DNA of 64,000 bases, taken from NCBI GenBank assembly GCA_965112735.1, contig OZ218953.1:4402001-4466000 (forward strand). Reading direction: 5' to 3'. Under the pieces are notes generated by a model. That model worked only from the letters and a program-made list of their open reading frames with translations. It searched no databases and was not told where the DNA came from. The stretch is from Phaeosaccion multiseriatum (lineage: Eukaryota; Protista; Ochrophyta, other classes). Position numbers and translations under genes: made by a program. Of the stretch, positions 14,686-27,110 are shown in pieces. Numbering within the stretch: position 1 is the first letter of the stretch; each line of letters opens with the position of its first letter.

Positions 14686-17180
14686 CTACAACCCTTCGTG
14701 CGATGATGCCTGATGCGGCGGCAGAACGGGTTTAGCAATTGGCACAGGCGCTTGTTCCTGTTGCGGCGGCTGCTCCAGCTGCTGCTGCTCCTGCTGCTGC
14801 TTCTCTTGTTGCTCCTGCTGCTGCAGCTCTTGTTCCGCCTGGCTTTTGCTTTCAGTAGCCGACTCCTTCGCTTGACTGCCCCACTCGCTCACTCCATGGG
14901 TGAACTTGTTCCACGCCCCCCCAATGGCCTTGACCCCCCCCGCAACGGTCTTGTTCTGCATGGCCATATCGGCCGCTTCCTTGGCCTTGTCAGTTGCCTT
15001 CTTGGCTGCTTTGACCACGTTGTCTTGCACCTGAGGAGCAAGGGCCAAAGACAAGGGGGAGGGAGGGGGGGGGGGGGACAATGAGAAGACGGAACGGAAC
15101 GGAGTGGTGGGGTTCACTACTAGGTAAGACAGAAGTAGAGGGAGGAGAGAGGCTACTATTCACGTAGTGCAGATCGGAAACAATGGGTTACGGTTCACGA
15201 TGAACGAAGAAGAAAGACGCAAACGGGAGATGTGACGTCAAGAGAGGCAAAGAAACGGAATCGCAAAATCACGAATGGGGGTATCGGTGGCAGGGAACCA
15301 CTCCAAGCGACGCAACCAAAGAACACCACCATGCCATAATGATATATCAAAATAGATTGCCATCCTATCGATCGCACCGCCAACCCCACCGCCACTGTTA
15401 TGCTACGTTACGCTATGGCACGGTACATTACGTACGTGGTACTGCTCGTCGAGGGCAATGATCTTCTTGCCCATCTTGTCGTAGGCCTGCCCCATCGTGT
15501 CCACCGCAGACCCCACCTTGTCCGACACATGCAGCTTCTCGTCCACCTCGGACCACTTGCTCTTCACACGCCCCGTCGCACGGGCCGCGAAGCGCTGCAC
15601 ACCCACCTGCGTGACAAGAGAGGAGAAAATGGGATGCGAAGACAACGACAAGACGACTAAGTCAAGCAAGGTGGGAGGCATGGAGGGTTGAGTGGTTCGG
15701 CGGTGCTGGGGCGGAGAGACGCTCGCATACCTTCTCGTTGTCAATCTCTCGGACGTTTGTCACTCCTTTGCGGCCCTGCAACAGACAGGTGCATAGGGAG
15801 GCGAGGCGACAGAGAAGGAAAGGAAGGGGCACGAGGTGAGCAGCACGCGGCAAGTGGCAAGTAGCAAGCCGCAAGCAGCGAGCAGAGCCGCGGTTGCGGC
15901 AGACTCGAGAATACAGCGAGAGAGAATCTCTACGGGCGAGCGCGAATCCATCAATCAAGCGAGTGGGTGAGTGAGTGAGTGCCCCGCTGCTGCGCTCCAA
16001 TCTATCCAGCGAGGAAGTGAGTGAGTGAATGAATGCCCCGTTGCTGTTTGCGCCCCCTCCTCCCTCTCCTCCGCTCCCCACGCACCATGACATATCCCTT
16101 TCCCAGAAGGTTGCCCACGAGCTCTGCAGAGGTGAAGTGCTGGGGGGGCGCGGTGTTGTCGCTCATGGACTCTCCCTCCCCGGCCAGGCTTGCGTCTGCG
16201 CCTCCTGCTGCTCCTCCTTGCGTATGCTCGGGCTGAGGTAAGTCCGCCACGAGCATCACCTTGAGAGGGGTGTCGAAGAGAGACTGTCCCTGCAGCTCCT
16301 TCGCAGCGTTGACAGCGCTCTCTGGGTTCGCGTACACCATGATGCATCTTTGCATTTTCTCTAAGAGAGGGAGAGAGAGAGGCGGACGGACAGTGTCGCA
16401 CGTGAAGGGGCCACACACAAAGGAGAAAGGAAGGAAGGAGTGAGTGAGGATCTTTCGTCGCGGCGAAGAGCGTCGTCGAGAGGGGAGGTCTTTTGCATTT
16501 GAGGGGGCTTCTCACTCGTCTCATCGTACGGGCCACTCCTTTGCTCTGTCCCCACACGCAAACAGCACCAATTCCTGGGCCACTCCTTACACACTCACGT
16601 TCTTCCTCGTGTTGCAGCAGCATTTTCTTAATTTCTCCAAACGCGCCCGCGAGCTGGACCAGACTCGACTCTGTTTTTTCATCATCACCAACGTCCTTTG
16701 TTGAAAGAAGTAGAGAGGGGCGGAGTTTGTTGGAGGAGTGGCAGGGTGAGGATGAGCGGGCGGAGAAGAGCAAGAGGGGGGAAAGGCATCACCTTGATGT
16801 TTTCAATAAGGATGCTGGAACTGGCTTCGGCATCAGTCACAGCCGTATAGTTTTCCGTGATGGGAGCCTCTCCTGCTGCTCCTCCTGCGCCTGCATCAGC
16901 TTCGACCGCAAAGTCTGGGGAGAGAGATTGACATGGTGCGAGCGGAGAAGGAGCGAAGGGGACAAACACAAAAGAGGAGGAAGTAAGTCTATCTCCTCAA
17001 TCCCGCTAGCACTTACTCCCTCATTTGGGTACGTTGAGAGCGTAGAAGGAAGCGGAAGACGAGTGATGCTCTCTCCTCAACTCCCATTGGACAGGGTGAG
17101 GAGAAGAGGAAAAAAAAAAGAGGAGGAGGAAGTTCGTTCATCTTCTCACTCCTTCCTTTGTACTAGCCCTCACCCGCCAT
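14686..17180 (-). CDS. RRM protein of the Vip1/BPA1 (binding partner of ACD11)-like family, 7 exons
   Basis: The first exon ATGGCGG (17180-17174) splices to DFAVEAD. The RRM reads SSILIENI..FGEIKK..CIMVYANPESAVNA..LQGQSL. The family-like segment is LLGKGYVM|GRKGVTNVREIDNEK..VDEKLHVSDKV..LDEQYH|VQD. Internal exons lie at ~16915-16793, 16696-16598, 16360-16087, 15775-15732, 15606-15437 and 15030-14686. Confidence 0.7.
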
Positions 17181-17775
17181 CTTGTCCGCTTATCTCTCTC
17201 TCTCTCTCGATGCAAGGCTCGATGTGAAGAAGGGAAGAAGGGGTTCCGGGCCGGGAAAGGGGTTGTTGACTTATGCAATTGCACTTCCAATGGCTGTATC
17301 GATTTTTTTTTCTGGCAGTTTTCAACTTGTGTTTGTTTTTACCCCCTCCGGGCACTCCGCAGACCGGGCACTCCGCAGCCGCCAGCTTCGGGGTCTGACC
17401 CTCCCCTCCAGGGCAGGGCACGCCCCAGCCGCCTCTTGCCAGCCGCTAGCTTTGGGGTCTTCCCCGGCCGCTAGCTTTGGGGTCTTCCCCGGCCGCAGAG
17501 GCAAACGACTTTGCGAGCAGCAACCCCTTTCGAATGAAACTGAAACTGAGACTGGCCAGTGGCTGGGCCTGCGGCTTCAGAAGCCAGCAGGAACAGTTAG
17601 TGAGCCCCCCCCCCCTTTTTTTTCTTGTCCCAGCCTGAGAAGCCAGAAGCCAGACCGTCTGGCCTGCTGAGCCTGCGGCCAAAGGCCTGCGGCCAGAAGC
17701 CCGAAGCCAGGAGCCTCTTCCCGCCCGAAGTTCAATGTGTGTCTTTTTATTACACCCTGCTCCTCCCCCTCCTGT

Positions 17776-18526
17776 CTATGTCCCACGGAACTTTTGGGTG
17801 TGTTCCGCATCTTGGAACACGCCGCCGAACTCCAGGGCGGAGAGAGGCATCACCACCTCCTCCACCAGCTCAAGTTCCAGCTCCGGCCCTTGCTTCTTAT
17901 CCGAGTGCGACTGCGCCCTCCCCCTCCCTCTCCATAGCCTGCGGGATGGCTTGGTACCGGCCTGCCCCCCCTCCTTGTGCGCCTTTCTAAACAAACTGAG
18001 ACTTCTCCTTCTTCTTCGGGGAGTTCCTTCCCTTGCCTCGCGGTCGTCTTTCGTGCTCCTCGCTTCCATTTCGCTCTGCTGCCGGCCATTTCGTCTCCTC
18101 TTCCGATGGGCTTTCCTCCGCCCACCCTTCCTGCGGTAGATTCGAAAGGTGGCAGTAGCTGCAAAGCTCTCCACACAGCCGGGCCGGTTGCTCCACCCCG
18201 CCTTGGTCGGGACGAATACAGGGTCACCGAACGACCCCTCGGGTGCCTTAATGTCAAGCTTCAGCACACGTCGACGGCATCGAGACGTGGCCACTACTCG
18301 CATCTCCCCCTCTTTCCAGGAGAGCTGTTGGACGTCCAGGTCGTCGAGGTCTGTGGTGCGAAAGTCCCAAGCGACCTGGCGGCTCCTGTAGCCGAGGATG
18401 AAGCTGTTGGTAGTCACGAGGCCAATCACAAAGCGGCCCCCGGTGAGCACGAAGGATGCCTCTGGGCCCTCCTCTGCCCCGGGCTCTCTGTGTTCCCTCT
18501 CTTCCGCCCCCTCCATCCCTCTGCCT

Positions 18527-18557
<31 letters not shown>

Positions 18558-20123
18558 CTTGCGCCCAAACCCAGCCCTCTGGGAAGGCATGCCCGTAGTT
18601 ACACTCCAGATGCATGGAGCCCGCTCCACTGGTAGTAGTAGAGGTAGTGGAAGGAGGAGACGTACCATCACTCCCACTGCTGCTGCTGCTGCTGCTGCCA
18701 CCCGTTGTATCGCCACCGTCTCCGTCTAGGCGGCGCCGGACGAACTCATACCGCGTGGGTGAGGCCAAGGAGTGGACAAAGTAGTGGCACGGCAGCAGCT
18801 TGGGGAACCTTGAGAGCCAGCCCTCCGGCCCTGACCTGTCCGGCGCCGAGGAGCACCAGGGCTCGCGGCCTGACGAGGTGGGAGGCGGGGGGGGGGGGGA
18901 TTCCGACAACGGACTTCGCTTTACGGAGGGGGAAAGGGAAGGCGAAAGAGGGAGACCGAAGGCGCTGCTGCAAGGGGAGGAACGATAGGAAACCAGTAGG
19001 TAACACGAAAGTTTGTCTGCAGGGGCTGCTGGGCCCAGGGTCCAGGCCTCACCCATTGTGCGATACCAGCAGCAGCCGCCTTGGGGGCCAAAGGGAGGCC
19101 CGTCACATCACGTACGTCAACCAACATCTTGCCCACCAACCATTTCACAGTTCCTTACTTACCGTCAAAGATAGCGTGTATGGAGGCCTCTGGCAGCTCA
19201 AAATCAATAACGCCACTGTCCCCATCGACCTCCAGACTACCCACACCGGCCATGTGCCACTTCAACGCAGCTGGGGCTCCCGACAGGGCCGCTTCTTCCC
19301 TCCCCGTTACGACGACGCTGGAGGCATTTCCGAATCTATGGAAGGTCGCCGTCTCCCCGCAAGGAGCCTCACTGCTTGTTGAGCCGGTGGCGGTGGTGGC
19401 ATCGTGGTAGGTGAGGGCGACGTAGACTTCTTCGTACTCTTTGACGCTTGTGTTGGCCCTTTTCAGGCGGCCGAGGATGACAGAAAAACTGAACTGATTC
19501 TGTACACAGGAGCGACACCGAAGCAGGCAGAGGTCAGAAGAAGTAATATAAGAGCGCGGGGCCAGGAAAGTATATCGCTGACCTCTTGATCTACCATCCT
19601 GAAGAACCAGCCCTCGAAATACGGTCGACCGCGGGCCAGGGAGGGAGGGACAACCCCCGGGTTAAACGGGCTTGCTCGGACCGCTGATGGGCTCCCATCC
19701 GCAAGTAGTGCCACCAGTGGATCGGCGAGGCCTGTGCAAAGCAGACGTGTTTGGCAGTGTCCATCCTGGGAGTCAGAAACATCGGTCTCGAAAAGGGGCT
19801 GCTATGATTAGGGCCTTTGAGCTGGAAAACGCACCTGTAATCGGCGCAAAGATCCGACGCAAGGGAGAATTTCTTCGCACTTGAGGCTTCTTCGCACTAT
19901 TCACACCAGCGGTGCTACCCGTGGGCGCGTTCATCTCCGGCACAGCACAAGCCCTCCACATCCGACCCCCTGCCTCCCTTCCCCCCTCCCTGCATACCTT
20001 CCCATGAGCGGAGCGAAGTACCCCTCCCCTCGACGAGAAAGAAAGCAAGTAGCACTCCGTTCCAACGACGATTAGTGAAAGGAAGGTGACGAGGATCGTC
20101 ACATCATCCCTCCCCTTCTTCAT
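17776..20123 (-). CDS. VTE1: Tocopherol cyclase-like protein (VTE1 family), multi-exon
   Basis: Motifs RPYFEGWFFR, LPCHYFVHSLAS, HLECNYGHAFPEGWVWAQG, CVESFAATATF and SALEFGG. The N-terminus is hydrophobic. The 5' exon structure is less certain. Confidence 0.78.
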
Positions 20124-20353
20124 GCCAAGAAGCCCTGCCCCATTGCAGCAGGGGAAGAAGCCCGGTACCGTCCACGATTAAGGAGGGCTCTTAGCCGGTT
20201 GCGTGGGTTGGATGGAATCAAAGGGGAAAGTTTTGGGAAAGGGGGCCTTCAAGCCAAAGGTCGCGTGTTGACAATCCAAGTCGTCGCCATCTTGCGTGAC
20301 TTGAAACGTCAAAATAGGGTGGAGCAAGCAAGAAAAGAGAAAAAAAGAGAACT

Positions 20354-22788
20354 ATGGCGCAAGTGTTGAGCGGCACGCGGATCTACACCCATGAGACCAA
20401 GGGAATGCCCACGGAGAATGCGGAGACCAAGATTGTGTCTGCTTACGGGCTTGGCAAGTGCCCCAAGCTCGTGCAGCAGGTGTGCAGTACGGATCCCGAG
20501 GTTCGCGTCGCCGCGCTGCAAGTTCTCTGTGAAGAGTTCTCGAATCCGGCCAGCATTGCGGGCTGTGTCAAGGTTAGTGCGACGATGCCTGCTGGTGGGG
20601 ACGGAGGGAGGGAGAGGGAGGGCGCAGCAGGAGATTGTAGAAGGACAGCGTAGCTGTCGGTGCCATGATTTTCTGCTTCGATCTTGCTTTCTCCCTCACC
20701 CGTGGTTTCTTTGTGCGTGAATGAAACTGTTTGTTGATGGGCAGGCGGGCATCATGGATCACTTGCCGGCGATGGTGCTCAATGATGACATCCGCACAAA
20801 GAACTTCGCCTCCAAGGTGCGCATGGGGGGCTTAACACACTGACTCAGTGGATGGGGTATCAATGAGCAACGCAAGGCCTTGGAAGGGGGAGGAATGAAG
20901 AAGCCCCCCGTCCCTACCACTCCAAAGATAGACAAAAATGCCCACAAATCTCCCTGGTGGTCCTACCTACCCTCTCCCCTTTTAGGCCCTGTCCATCGCC
21001 GCTAGAGATTTCAACGGCCGCCAAGCCTACCTCGCAGTTGGCGGAGTGAGCAAGACGCTACCCGCCCTAGACGACAGTGCCGTGCCAGTGCGAAAGAACA
21101 TGTACGAGTCACTACAGAACGCGTCCGGCGTGGCCGTGGGGGTCAAGGCACTTGTGGAGGCAGGAGGGCCGCGGAAACTCGTGCTCAAAGCCGCGTCGGA
21201 GGAGAATGGCCTCAAGCCTGTCGTGCTACGGGTGTTACACAACACACTGGCAGACAGCGGGGGTCTCAAGGTGGGTGGGTTGCAAGGGGTTTTGACTGAC
21301 TAACTGAACGGGTGTCTTCGTGGGTGGTCTTGTTGACCACTTCGCCTGCTGGAGAATGAGGGTCCTGGGCTCAGAGGAAGCTGCTGCTATGTGACGGGAC
21401 TGATGCTTCCGCTCCACTCCGAACCGTCTTCGCCAGAAAGCTTCCTCTTCTCCTTATCCATCATCCCTCATCCAGGCCGGACCGTTCTCCTGGGGCACCC
21501 CCTTCTTCCCCTCCAATCTGCCTCACTCGTCCCTCCCCGTCCTAATATATAGCCCATCTGCTTGCTCCACCTTCCTTCCCTTCCCCTGAGTGTAGGCTGC
21601 GTTGGACAACGAGGCCGTACAGACCTTCATCGACCTTCTCGACTCCCCCGCCATGGAGGTCCGCCAGGAGGCGGCCACCACTCTCGGCTTCATCTGCTTT
21701 AACGAAATGGCCAAGATCATGGCAATACAGGTGAGCGGGTAGGTAGCTGACGTGGCTAGCTGCCTGGCATAGCCCGTCTCTGCTCTCAGTGGGCGTCCTG
21801 CTCTGCTCTGCCCAAGCTTCTTCTTAGCCTTTGACCTCCACCCTCCCTTCTCCATCCGTCTGTCCGTCCGTCCGTCCATCCGCATGCACCTTCTCCTGCC
21901 GTCGTGTCCCTTGCCTCTTGTCTCGCCTCTTGTTTGGCCGGCGTATGGTACCCACTGCAGTGCAACGGTGTGGTGCTGCTCTCTGACCTGTTGACTGAGG
22001 ACAACATCGAAGTCAAGGCAGCGGCCCTTGGTGCCCTCATGACCATCACTTCAGTAGACGCTGGGAAGCGCGCCATCCTTCCCACGGAGGCTGCCAGCTT
22101 AGCCATTGCAGCAGCCGAACAGTGTTGTGAGGGGGGCGGGGGAGGAGGAGGAGGAGGAGGAGGAGGAGGAGGAGGAGGAGGAGGAGGAGGAGGAGGAGGA
22201 GGAGGAGGAGCAGCAGCAGGAGGAGGAGGAGGAGCAGCAGCAGCAGCAGCAGGAGCCAACAGCACAGGGCAGCGGTCAGGGGCGTCCGACCTTGTCGTGT
22301 TGAATGCGCTGAAGCTTATCGCCAGTATCGCCGCTCATCCCGGTCAGTCAGTCACTCAAGGAGGCAACGTCGGCCACTGCACACTGTCCGAGCTCTCTTC
22401 TACAGTACAAGAACTTGATGCCCTACCACAAACCTAACTACCTCACTCCCTCCCCCCCCTCTTTCTCCTTCTCTGTGTCCCTCTCTCTCTCTCCCTCCCT
22501 CTCACCCTCTCATTCTCTTTCTCCTTCCCTCCCCCTCTCCCTGTCCCTCTCTCTCCCCCCCTCACTCTTCATCTGTGCTTCTCTCTCTCTCTCTCGCTCC
22601 CCACCCCCTCCCTCCCTCTCCCTTTTCCTTGTTGTGGCTGCTGCCCGTGAAAAGATATCCGGCAAGAGCTGCTCGACCACGAGACATGCCTGTCGTTGCT
22701 GGAGCGTCTGGAGACAAGCACCCTCGCCCGCGGCATGATTGCAAAACACGCAAAAATCGCTCGGCAAATTGTGCTGTGGAAGCCGTAA
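20354..22788 (+). CDS. RSPH14: Armadillo-repeat radial spoke head 14 (RSPH14/RTDR1)-like protein, 6 exons
   Basis: Exons ~20354-20572, 20745-20816, 20986-21270, 21596-21730, 21961-22342 and 22655-22788. N-terminal AYGLGKCPKLVQQV..VRVAALQVLCE, ARM repeats, and a C-terminus ending ..IVLWKP*. Confidence 0.75.
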
Positions 22789-23108
22789 GAAATTGACACC
22801 AGTATTGCATTGTACTTTTCATCAAGGTAAAAAAATCATCTCCCAACTGATTCATCAAAGCTCCAGCAGTTTCTCTGGCTCTGTTCTTCCTCCTCCCTTG
22901 CCAACCCTCTTCATGCAAGGAAGAAAGACCACATTGGAATCCCAAGTGGGCTGGCTTACTTCCGCTCAGAGCCTCATAATACACAACAACCGAGAAGATC
23001 TGGACGAAGACGGGAGACAGGTGAAATCACGCCTTCTTGCAGAGCAGGCAGCAGTAGAGCCGTTGCTGGATGGTAGCTGCTCCACGGGGCTCCACAGAAG
23101 AGAATACC

Positions 23109-23148
23109 TCACATACCGCCCCAGCTCTGCTGCCCGAAGTTGTTCTGT

Positions 23149-23187
<39 letters not shown>

Positions 23188-26117
23188 CCCATTCCCATCA
23201 TAATCCCCCCTTGTTGTGGTTGATGCTGCTGCTGCTGCATCATGCCCTGGCCCTGCTGGTGTCCTCCCATTCCCATCTGCTGGCCGCCCATCATACCCCC
23301 GTGTGGTTGTTGCTGCTGCCCTCCCCCACCCATCAACATCATCCCCTGCCCTTGCGGTTGCTGTTGGCCCACCATTTGCCCGCCCATTTGCCCGCCCATA
23401 CCCATCCCCCCACCTTGCTGTCTCATCATGCCCATACCGCCTGGCGGCTGCACCATCCCCCCATGCATACCTCCCCCAAACGCTTGCTGCTGCTGCCGCT
23501 GCTGCTGTTGCTGCCGCTGCTGCTGCTGCTGCGGAGGGAATCCCATCATTCCTCCCCCGCTCATCATACCTACTTGCCTCATCCCGCCCCCCCCGAGCGG
23601 TTGCGGCGCCTTAAACCCATCCAGGCCATCAAATGCATGTGAATTTGTTCTCTGGTGCTGCTTGGCCACCTCCTCCTCCTTCTTCTCGTCCTTTGTATTG
23701 TTGGCCGTCAGACCGTCCAGGTTCACAAGGCCCGCGGCATCTCCCAGCATCTTTGATACCACCGACGTGCTCTTCGGTTGCACTGCTGCTGGTGCTGCCG
23801 CCGCTGCTGCTGGCGCAGCGCTGAACTCACCAAACTCCCCAAAATCAGCTCCACCTCCTCCCCCTCCAGTGCTCAGTATGGCCGAGGAAGCTGGAGTGGG
23901 CTGGAGAGATGCCAACCCCGCACCCATCGACGGATGCAAAGGCTGCTGCTGCTGCTGCGGGGGCGGCGGCGGCGCCATTGCACCCAACATTGCGTTGAGC
24001 TGCTGCTGTGGCTGCGGCTGTGCGAAGGCGCTGTTCGCCGTAGTCGTGTGGCTGTTCGCTGTAGTCGTGTGGCCGGCCCCAGAGAAGGCAGAGAAGGGGA
24101 TATCGAAGGGCGCCTGCCCCTGCGCAGCTCGCTCCTGGAGCTCTCGTTGCTCCTGCATTGCTCGCTGCTCCTGCTCTCGGCCGGTAGACAACTCCGCGCC
24201 ACTGAGCGCGTCGCCACCTGCAGCACGGAAGGCTGCCAAAAGATCATTCATATCCTTGTTACTCGATCGAGGTGGGGTGTGCTCCTGCTCTGGGCCGGTA
24301 TACAACTCCATGCCACCACTGATCACGTCGCCACCTGCAGCACGGACGGCTGCCAAAAGATCATTCATATCCCCCACGGGCGCCGGAGCACCCCCCCCCC
24401 CTCCCCTCGGGTTGAACCCGCCACCCCCTCCTCCTCCTCCTCCTCCTGCTCCTGCTCCTCCTCCACCGCCACCTCCCAAATCACTCAGGAGATCAGCTGT
24501 GCCGCGGGCGACTGAAGAAGCCCCCCCCCCCGCTGCTTTCAGAGGTGCCGCCCCGCCCCTCGAGTCCTTAATCTTGATGTCCACCTTGCTTGCTCCACCA
24601 CCTGCCGAGCTAGAAGACTTCTTCTTGCTCCTCCTTGGCTTGCTAGCCGCGCTGCTGTGGCCGTTGTTTCCACTGTCCCCAGATTGATCGTCGTAGTCAT
24701 CCCGCCCCCCGCCTCCTCCTCTCCGGTCATCGTCGTATCTCCCCCCCCCTCCACGAGCTGAACCTGATCCCGAGTCACGGTATCCCCCTCCTCCTCCTCC
24801 AGAGTCTGAGTATCGCCCTCCTCCTCCTCCCCCTCCGGAGTCGTATCTACCTCCTCCTCCGCCACCATTGTAGCTATCATACCGCCCCCCTCCTCCGCCA
24901 GAGTAGCCGCCGGAACCGACTCCTCCGATTGCCTGCCCAAGCTTGTCCCTAAGCTTCTTTGCCTTCTCCCGCTCGTCTCGGATAGCACCATTGTCACCCA
25001 AGAGGTCGATGAGGGACTTTGACTTTTCCCGTACGCCCGACCCCTTGTCCGCAGGTCCCTCGTAGTAGTTAAAGTTGCTGAGCTGGCGCAGCTTGTGCAT
25101 GTGGTCTCTGGCGTCATCCACGCAGCGCTCCGACCCGTTCTTCACCAAGTGTTCGGCAAGGCTGAGGGCCTGAAGGTGGTGGAAGGCATAAGAGCGGTGA
25201 GGGTGAGGGGTGGACACGCATCGAGGGGAGGCGGGCGCTAACGCATCACAGCGGCATCTTTTCTTCCTTCCGTCCTGTGCAACGTCCTTCCTTACCTTGA
25301 AGACCTTCCTCCACTCTCTGCCAGGGGCATCCATGGACGTCCAGATGGTTGTCATGATGATGCTGTACTTCTCACTGCAGGGTAATAAAAGGCGAAGCGC
25401 AAACATATACATCCATCGTGTGTTCTGGTTAGCAAGAGTCAGCTGAGCTCAGCGGGGCCTGCCTGCGCTTGGGTGCGCCGATGCGACCACCGCCTGTGTT
25501 GCACTGACTGCTCCACTGTTCCATCAACCCGACTCACCCCCAGCTAGGACACAGTCAGGGCACTCACAATTCAAAGGTATCTCTGGCGATGTCGTTGAGT
25601 GCCGTGCCCGACGCGCCCCAGTTCTTATTGCTCAAGGCCTCAAGCACCTTCTTCTCTGTGTCATTTTTGGCGAGAACGGTCGTCCGGCTGAAGAGGAGGA
25701 AAGAAGGGGGGAGAAAGGGAAGAAGTGGCACGTTTCCAGCCGAGCAAGAGGGGGTGGGGGGGGAGTCAAGTCGTGAGCGGAGTCGGAGGGAAGCAACCAA
25801 GGAGCGGAGGCAGGGCGTTTGTGGGAAGGGAATTCTCCGCCTTTTCCCCTGACATTGAACTCTGTAGGAATATCCGCAGCCATGACAGCAAGACCGACCA
25901 AGACGCGTGGACATGTCTCTGCACGTACACCCCGCAGGCTGGGGAAGAAAGTGGGAAGAGAGGGGGGAGAGAACACTTCTCCTGCAAGAGGAGGGGAAGG
26001 AACGTTGCGGCAGGCGAAAGCACCAGGCCACGACCACTGCTGCGATACTCACATGTCTTCCGCAGCGTTCTTGATCTTGTCAATATTGAACTTCTCGACA
26101 TTGAGCAAGTTCAGCAT
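23109..26117 (-). CDS. ENTH-domain epsin/clathrin-interactor-like protein
   Basis: Exons 26117-26054, ~25687-25569, ~25375-25296 and 25169-23109. ENTH motifs: EKKVLEALSNKNWGASGT, EWRKVFKALSLAEHLVKNGSERC, DKGSGVREKSK..LL. The tail has DLL, DFGEF and LVNLD motifs and is Gly/Gln/Met-rich. Confidence 0.9.
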
Positions 26118-26262
26118 GATTGGAAGCAACCCTGCCTCGTAGAAGCGTTAGTGCAGGGTGGGGCAGGGTGGGTCCAACTTCCCCGAGGGGCGTACGCTAT
26201 TTGTGATCCGGCCTGGTGAACCAACAAATCAACGACCGGCTCCAAACCATTGCCTCTTTAGC

Positions 26263-27073
26263 ATGCTGAGCCGCAAAGCGAACGCCGTGGTGGGCCAGCT
26301 GAAAAGAGCCTTACCTGGTACTGCTAATGCCTTTTTGTCTGCGGGCTGCACCTGTGGCGTGAGACGGGATGGGTTGCAGGGCACGGGCGTGGGGGCAGTG
26401 GGCGGCAATAGGGCGGTGCATCAGTGGACTAGGAAGCCTCCGCTGACAAAAATCGTGGCCACCATTGGGCCTGCCTCTGAGGACGCAGAGACTCTGCAGC
26501 AGGTTGTGGATGCGGGCATGCGTGTGATGCGAGTCAACTTCTCGCATGCGACGTACGAGGAAGCCGAGCTTCGAAAGACGAACCTGAGGAAGGTCAGTGA
26601 GGAGGACAGACTGCGGAGCGCGACTGAGGAGAGAGCACCAGGGCGGGATGTTATTGGACGTGCGGCTGCGTGTTGCGTATCTAGAGGCGGAGGTACACCT
26701 ATCGTAATTTCTGCCTACCCCACCCCCCCCCGTTCCTCCCTGCTGCGCTCCTCCTGCTGCTCCTTTTGACTGGCAGAGCAAAGGCAAGAACGCACGAGCG
26801 CTTGGTCGAGACCACAACCTGCGGGCCATCCTCCTCGATACGCAGGTGAGAAGAATGGATGGACAAGGTACCTTAGAATACAGGGGCCCAAAAGAAATAA
26901 ATGATTTCGTGAAGAGCCCCTCTTCGTACCATGCTTGACTCTGAACACCGTCTGGTGTTTGGTGTTTGGTACGACTTTGCCTGTATTCCTCCCTGCTCGT
27001 ATCGCTCGGCCTGGCTTGGTCTCGGCGACAACTGCTGCTTCTTCTGCTTACTCTTCTGCTCCTCTCCCCTCTC

Positions 27074-27110
<37 letters not shown>

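Noticed and set aside
23242-24687. 481-aa plus-strand Cys/Pro-rich ORF
   Set aside because: It is the antisense shadow of the Gly/Gln-rich ENTH exon.
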